A stretch of DNA of 64,000 nt, taken from positions 222,932 through 286,931 of the forward strand of contig NW_003314348.1 in the NCBI RefSeq assembly GCF_000143415.4, in the 5' to 3' direction. This document shows positions 61,048 to 64,000 of the stretch, one piece after another. A program made the position numbers and the translations under genes. The notes below the pieces were generated by a model. That model did not search any database. It saw only the letters and a list, made by a program, of their open reading frames with translations, and was not told the origin of the DNA. The first letter of the stretch is position 1, and each line of letters begins with the position of its first letter. The stretch is from Selaginella moellendorffii (taxonomy: Eukaryota; Plantae; Lycopodiophyta).

Positions 61048-64000
61048 TGTAAGACACAAAATCTCTAGGCCCCAAAGTGGAGCCAAAAGGGTGCCACGTG
61101 GTAGTGGCTGAAGCGAAAGCCAAATGAGCATAACACGTTTGAATTAAAAGCTCCGACTTGAAAAGGTTGAGAGTGGGAGTGGAACTCCCAACGAAGTGCT
61201 CAAGGAACAAGCATGAGGCGAGCCATGAGTGAGTTTCTAGAAAAGGGGACACAAGAGAACCAAAACATGACACGTGGAAGTGTCCGAGATGGAGTCCGAG
61301 GTGGAGTTTGAGATGGAGTCCAAGATGGAGTCCGAGGTGGAGTCCGAGATGGAGTCCCAGATGGAGTTCGAGATGGAGTCCGAGATGGAGTCCGAGGTGG
61401 AGTCTGAGGTGGACCCGAGATGGACCCAAGATGGACCCGAGATTGAGTTCGAGATGGACCTAAGATGGAGTCCGAGATGGACCCGAGGCTGACCCGATAT
61501 GGAGTCCGAGATGGACCCGAGGCTGACCCGATATGGAGTCCGAGATGGACCCGAGATGGAGTCCGACATGGAGTCTGAGGTGGACCCGAGATGGACCCAA
61601 GATGGACCCAAGATTGAGTCTGAGATGGACCCGAGATGGAGTCCGAGATGGACCCGAGATGGAGTCCGAGATGGACCGAGATAGAGTCCGAGATGGACCT
61701 GAGATGGAGTCCGAAGTCGAGACCAAGACCAAGCCCTAGACCGGGATCGAGACCGGGACCGGGATCGAGACCGGGACCAAGACTGAGACCGGGACCGAGA
61801 CCGAGACCGAGGCCGAGGTCGAGACCGAGCCCAAGCCCGAGTCTGAGTCCGAGTTTGAGTCCGAGTTCAAGTCTGAGAGGGTGAAAGCCCAAAGCGTTCC
61901 TCTCCCAGACCCTAGGGGGTTTGGTGAGCTCCAAAAGTATAGTAGGGGGAGGACTGCAGTGGAGCCAATTTGGCCAAGAAAGGCCAGTTTAGCCCATAAA
62001 GGCTGTACCCAGTTTTGGGTGCTGAGCTACCCATTGGGAAATCCAAGACTAGAGTGAACACAGACTGACAAGCAGGGTAGCTTGGTGAAGTGTTCAAGAG
62101 CCAGCTTTAGTTCCCCTGGGAGATCAACTGGCCGATGCTCCCAATCCAAGTGTGGGTGGCACTACTTACTTGGATACCTAGCATGGCTCAACGGAACCTC
62201 ACTCTAAGCCCATGGGTAGAGCACCCGAAGGTAGAAGGCAGGGAGAGTACCCACGAGGCTCACATAAGGCCGCGGTGTTCCGAAATGTTGCCCCAAAGTC
62301 CCAGACTGTGAAAAGGAGGAGGAGCCGTCCTCTAGTGTAGAGACCAAGGATACAGTCATGTGAGGAGGTAGTCACAAAGGACCGAGGGACTTAGTGGTCG
62401 GCCTTGATCCAGTGGCAGTGTTGGTGAACATGGCCATGGACAAAAAGGGACTTGGTGGGGACTGGAAAAGGGATATTGGGGAAGGCGAACCCCCATGTCT
62501 GTGGGCATCCTAAGGATGCTAAGGAGTGGATTGGGGATGATCACTCATGGATGGATGGCCTACTCTTTGAGAGATGGGACTGTGATGTAGGTGGTGTTAG
62601 ACCACTGGTGTGACCAAGGTGAAGGGGCATGGCCTTAGCAGAACAGGCTGATATGTCGATGGTACCTTGGGGTGTCAGTCATGGGATCAGACACGTGGAG
62701 CATTTGGACCAAGTGCAAAGGTTAAGTGGCGGGGATGCCATTCTCGGGGCTAGCAAGCCCAAGTCCAAAATAATACTTATGGAGGTTATGAGTGAGACTC
62801 CTCCAAGTGGTCAGAGGTGTGGTTAAGTGACTAAAGTAGAATGGAAAAATTAGTTGCTTACAACTTGGTATCAGAGCTGTTTTTTAGTTCGACTTTTATT
62901 GGTGCTCAAGTATATCACCATTGATATTGGCATCGGAAGGTCCTAGGAGTGGGCCTATCCTTGAGGAGTAGCATATCGAGAGGACATGGCTCTCCACTCA
63001 AGTTCATGTGTGAACTTGGGTGCGATGTGGTGGATAGAAAAGGGGCCGGTAAGGGAACGACTTTGGGATCTTGGGAATAGTATAAGGGTTTTTTTAGAGA
63101 GTTAAGGATGTGATCCAGATGAGTGTTTGACGTAGCCAATTGGTTAATATAGTTGTGGTAAACAACTATAGTTGGGATCACGAGAAAGATAGAGACTCCA
63201 AAGCAATAAAGGAGTCACAAGATTATCCTCATATAATTAAGGTTGGTGCTCATGAATGTGAGATTAGAAGTAATAACCGTGGGAGGTCAAATACGGAAAA
63301 GGACACGAGTCCTTGAAATGGTATTCGGAGCTACCTCTAATAAATGCTAGAACAACCCAAGGAGTTGGGGGTGTACTCAGAGGATGAGTTGGTATTCTCA
63401 TCACATGGACAAGTGGTCCTAAGGGGCAAAAGGTTGCCCCAAGAGAACAAATCAAGTGTCGAAGTAACACTTGCGAAGATGGTCCTTGTGAGTAGAACTT
63501 GAATACAAGAAGTTGTATTCTAGTGAGTTGGCACCTCAAAGATAGGAACTCATGGTTTGTTGGATGACAAAGTCCAAAAAGCTGGATGACTCAAATAGAG
63601 TCAAGGAATAATCCTAAAGGATTGATGGAAGCATTTGGACTGAGGTGTGTTGTACCCCACGAAGGATGGGGGGGATCATAGGATCCAAAGATGAGAATAG
63701 AGGGTATCTCATCGATGGCAGAATGGGTCGTGGGAAAGGTGTTCCCCAAAACAGAAAGCAACTTTGGCATAGAGTTGTGTGTGAACACTATGGTGTAGTG
63801 CTAACTGATAATGGGCATGAAAAACGACTACTTTGGTCTTGGCAAAGACCTAGACACAAGTAAGAAGTGTCATAAAGGTAGGCTTGTGGAGCCATTGGTG
63901 TGGAGACACCTTATATGCCAAAGTGAGATACCTTGAGGTTATGTTGATGTTCATGGGAACCCCTTACCAAGGGAATGGCATAGCCTAAGCTAGAAGGCAG
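61048..64000 (+). mobile_element. LTR retrotransposon family A, copy 2: LTR 61048-62862, PBS 62866-62877, internal region running off the window
   Basis: TGTAAGACAC..GCTTACA, then TGGTATCAGAGC. 62863-64000 is homologous to 59733-60890. Confidence 0.88.
61283..61870 (+). repeat. Minisatellite inside LTR A2: 12-bp GAGATGGA(GT/CC)CC units grading into 6-bp GAGACC/GAGTCC units
   Basis: Dozens of visible copies. A short version of the same array lies at 51597-51680 in LTR A1. Confidence 0.93.

Noticed and set aside
61010-61934. ORFs of 139-244 aa with LGLH/SRTP/MESE repeats
   Set aside because: Arise automatically from stop-free 12-bp and 6-bp tandem units within an LTR.

Overview
Eukaryotic plant nuclear DNA. 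The very short introns (about 44-60 nt), very high gene density and SS-rich PLS-class PPR genes point to the lycophyte Selaginella; this is an inference and was not verified. Positions 1-48.5 kb are a gene-dense block: BORCS6-like, LSD1/LOL1 zinc finger, YKT6, PP2A-A, a subtilase pseudogene plus an intact subtilase, two PLS-PPR genes, a PRH/HAT3.1-type PHD-homeodomain, SKIP, BADC, tRNA-Pro, a ZAR1-type LRR-RLK, COX17, a small PDCD4-like protein, two 2OG-dioxygenase pseudogenes around tRNA-Leu, two tandem GH31 glycosidases, ferrochelatase, a DUF4535 microprotein, S40/DUF584, NADP-malic enzyme and a secreted LRR protein. Positions 48.6-64 kb are a nested LTR-retrotransposon block. It includes a very young element (52327-59598: two 1147-bp LTRs with no difference seen, CATGG TSD, PBS, PPT) whose internal region is fully decayed, inserted inside the LTR of another family. 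Best leads: (1) a 130-aa stand-alone protein made essentially of the PDCD4-type 40S mRNA-channel-binding motif with no MA3 domains, a candidate plant translation repressor or ribosome-dormancy factor; (2) a PPR protein with an extra insert of about 15 aa in five successive L motifs; (3) a subtilase with intact catalytic residues but no PA domain; (4) the recently mobilised non-coding LTR element with a phased ABRE/G-box cluster. Exon structures were read by eye, so internal boundaries are approximate.
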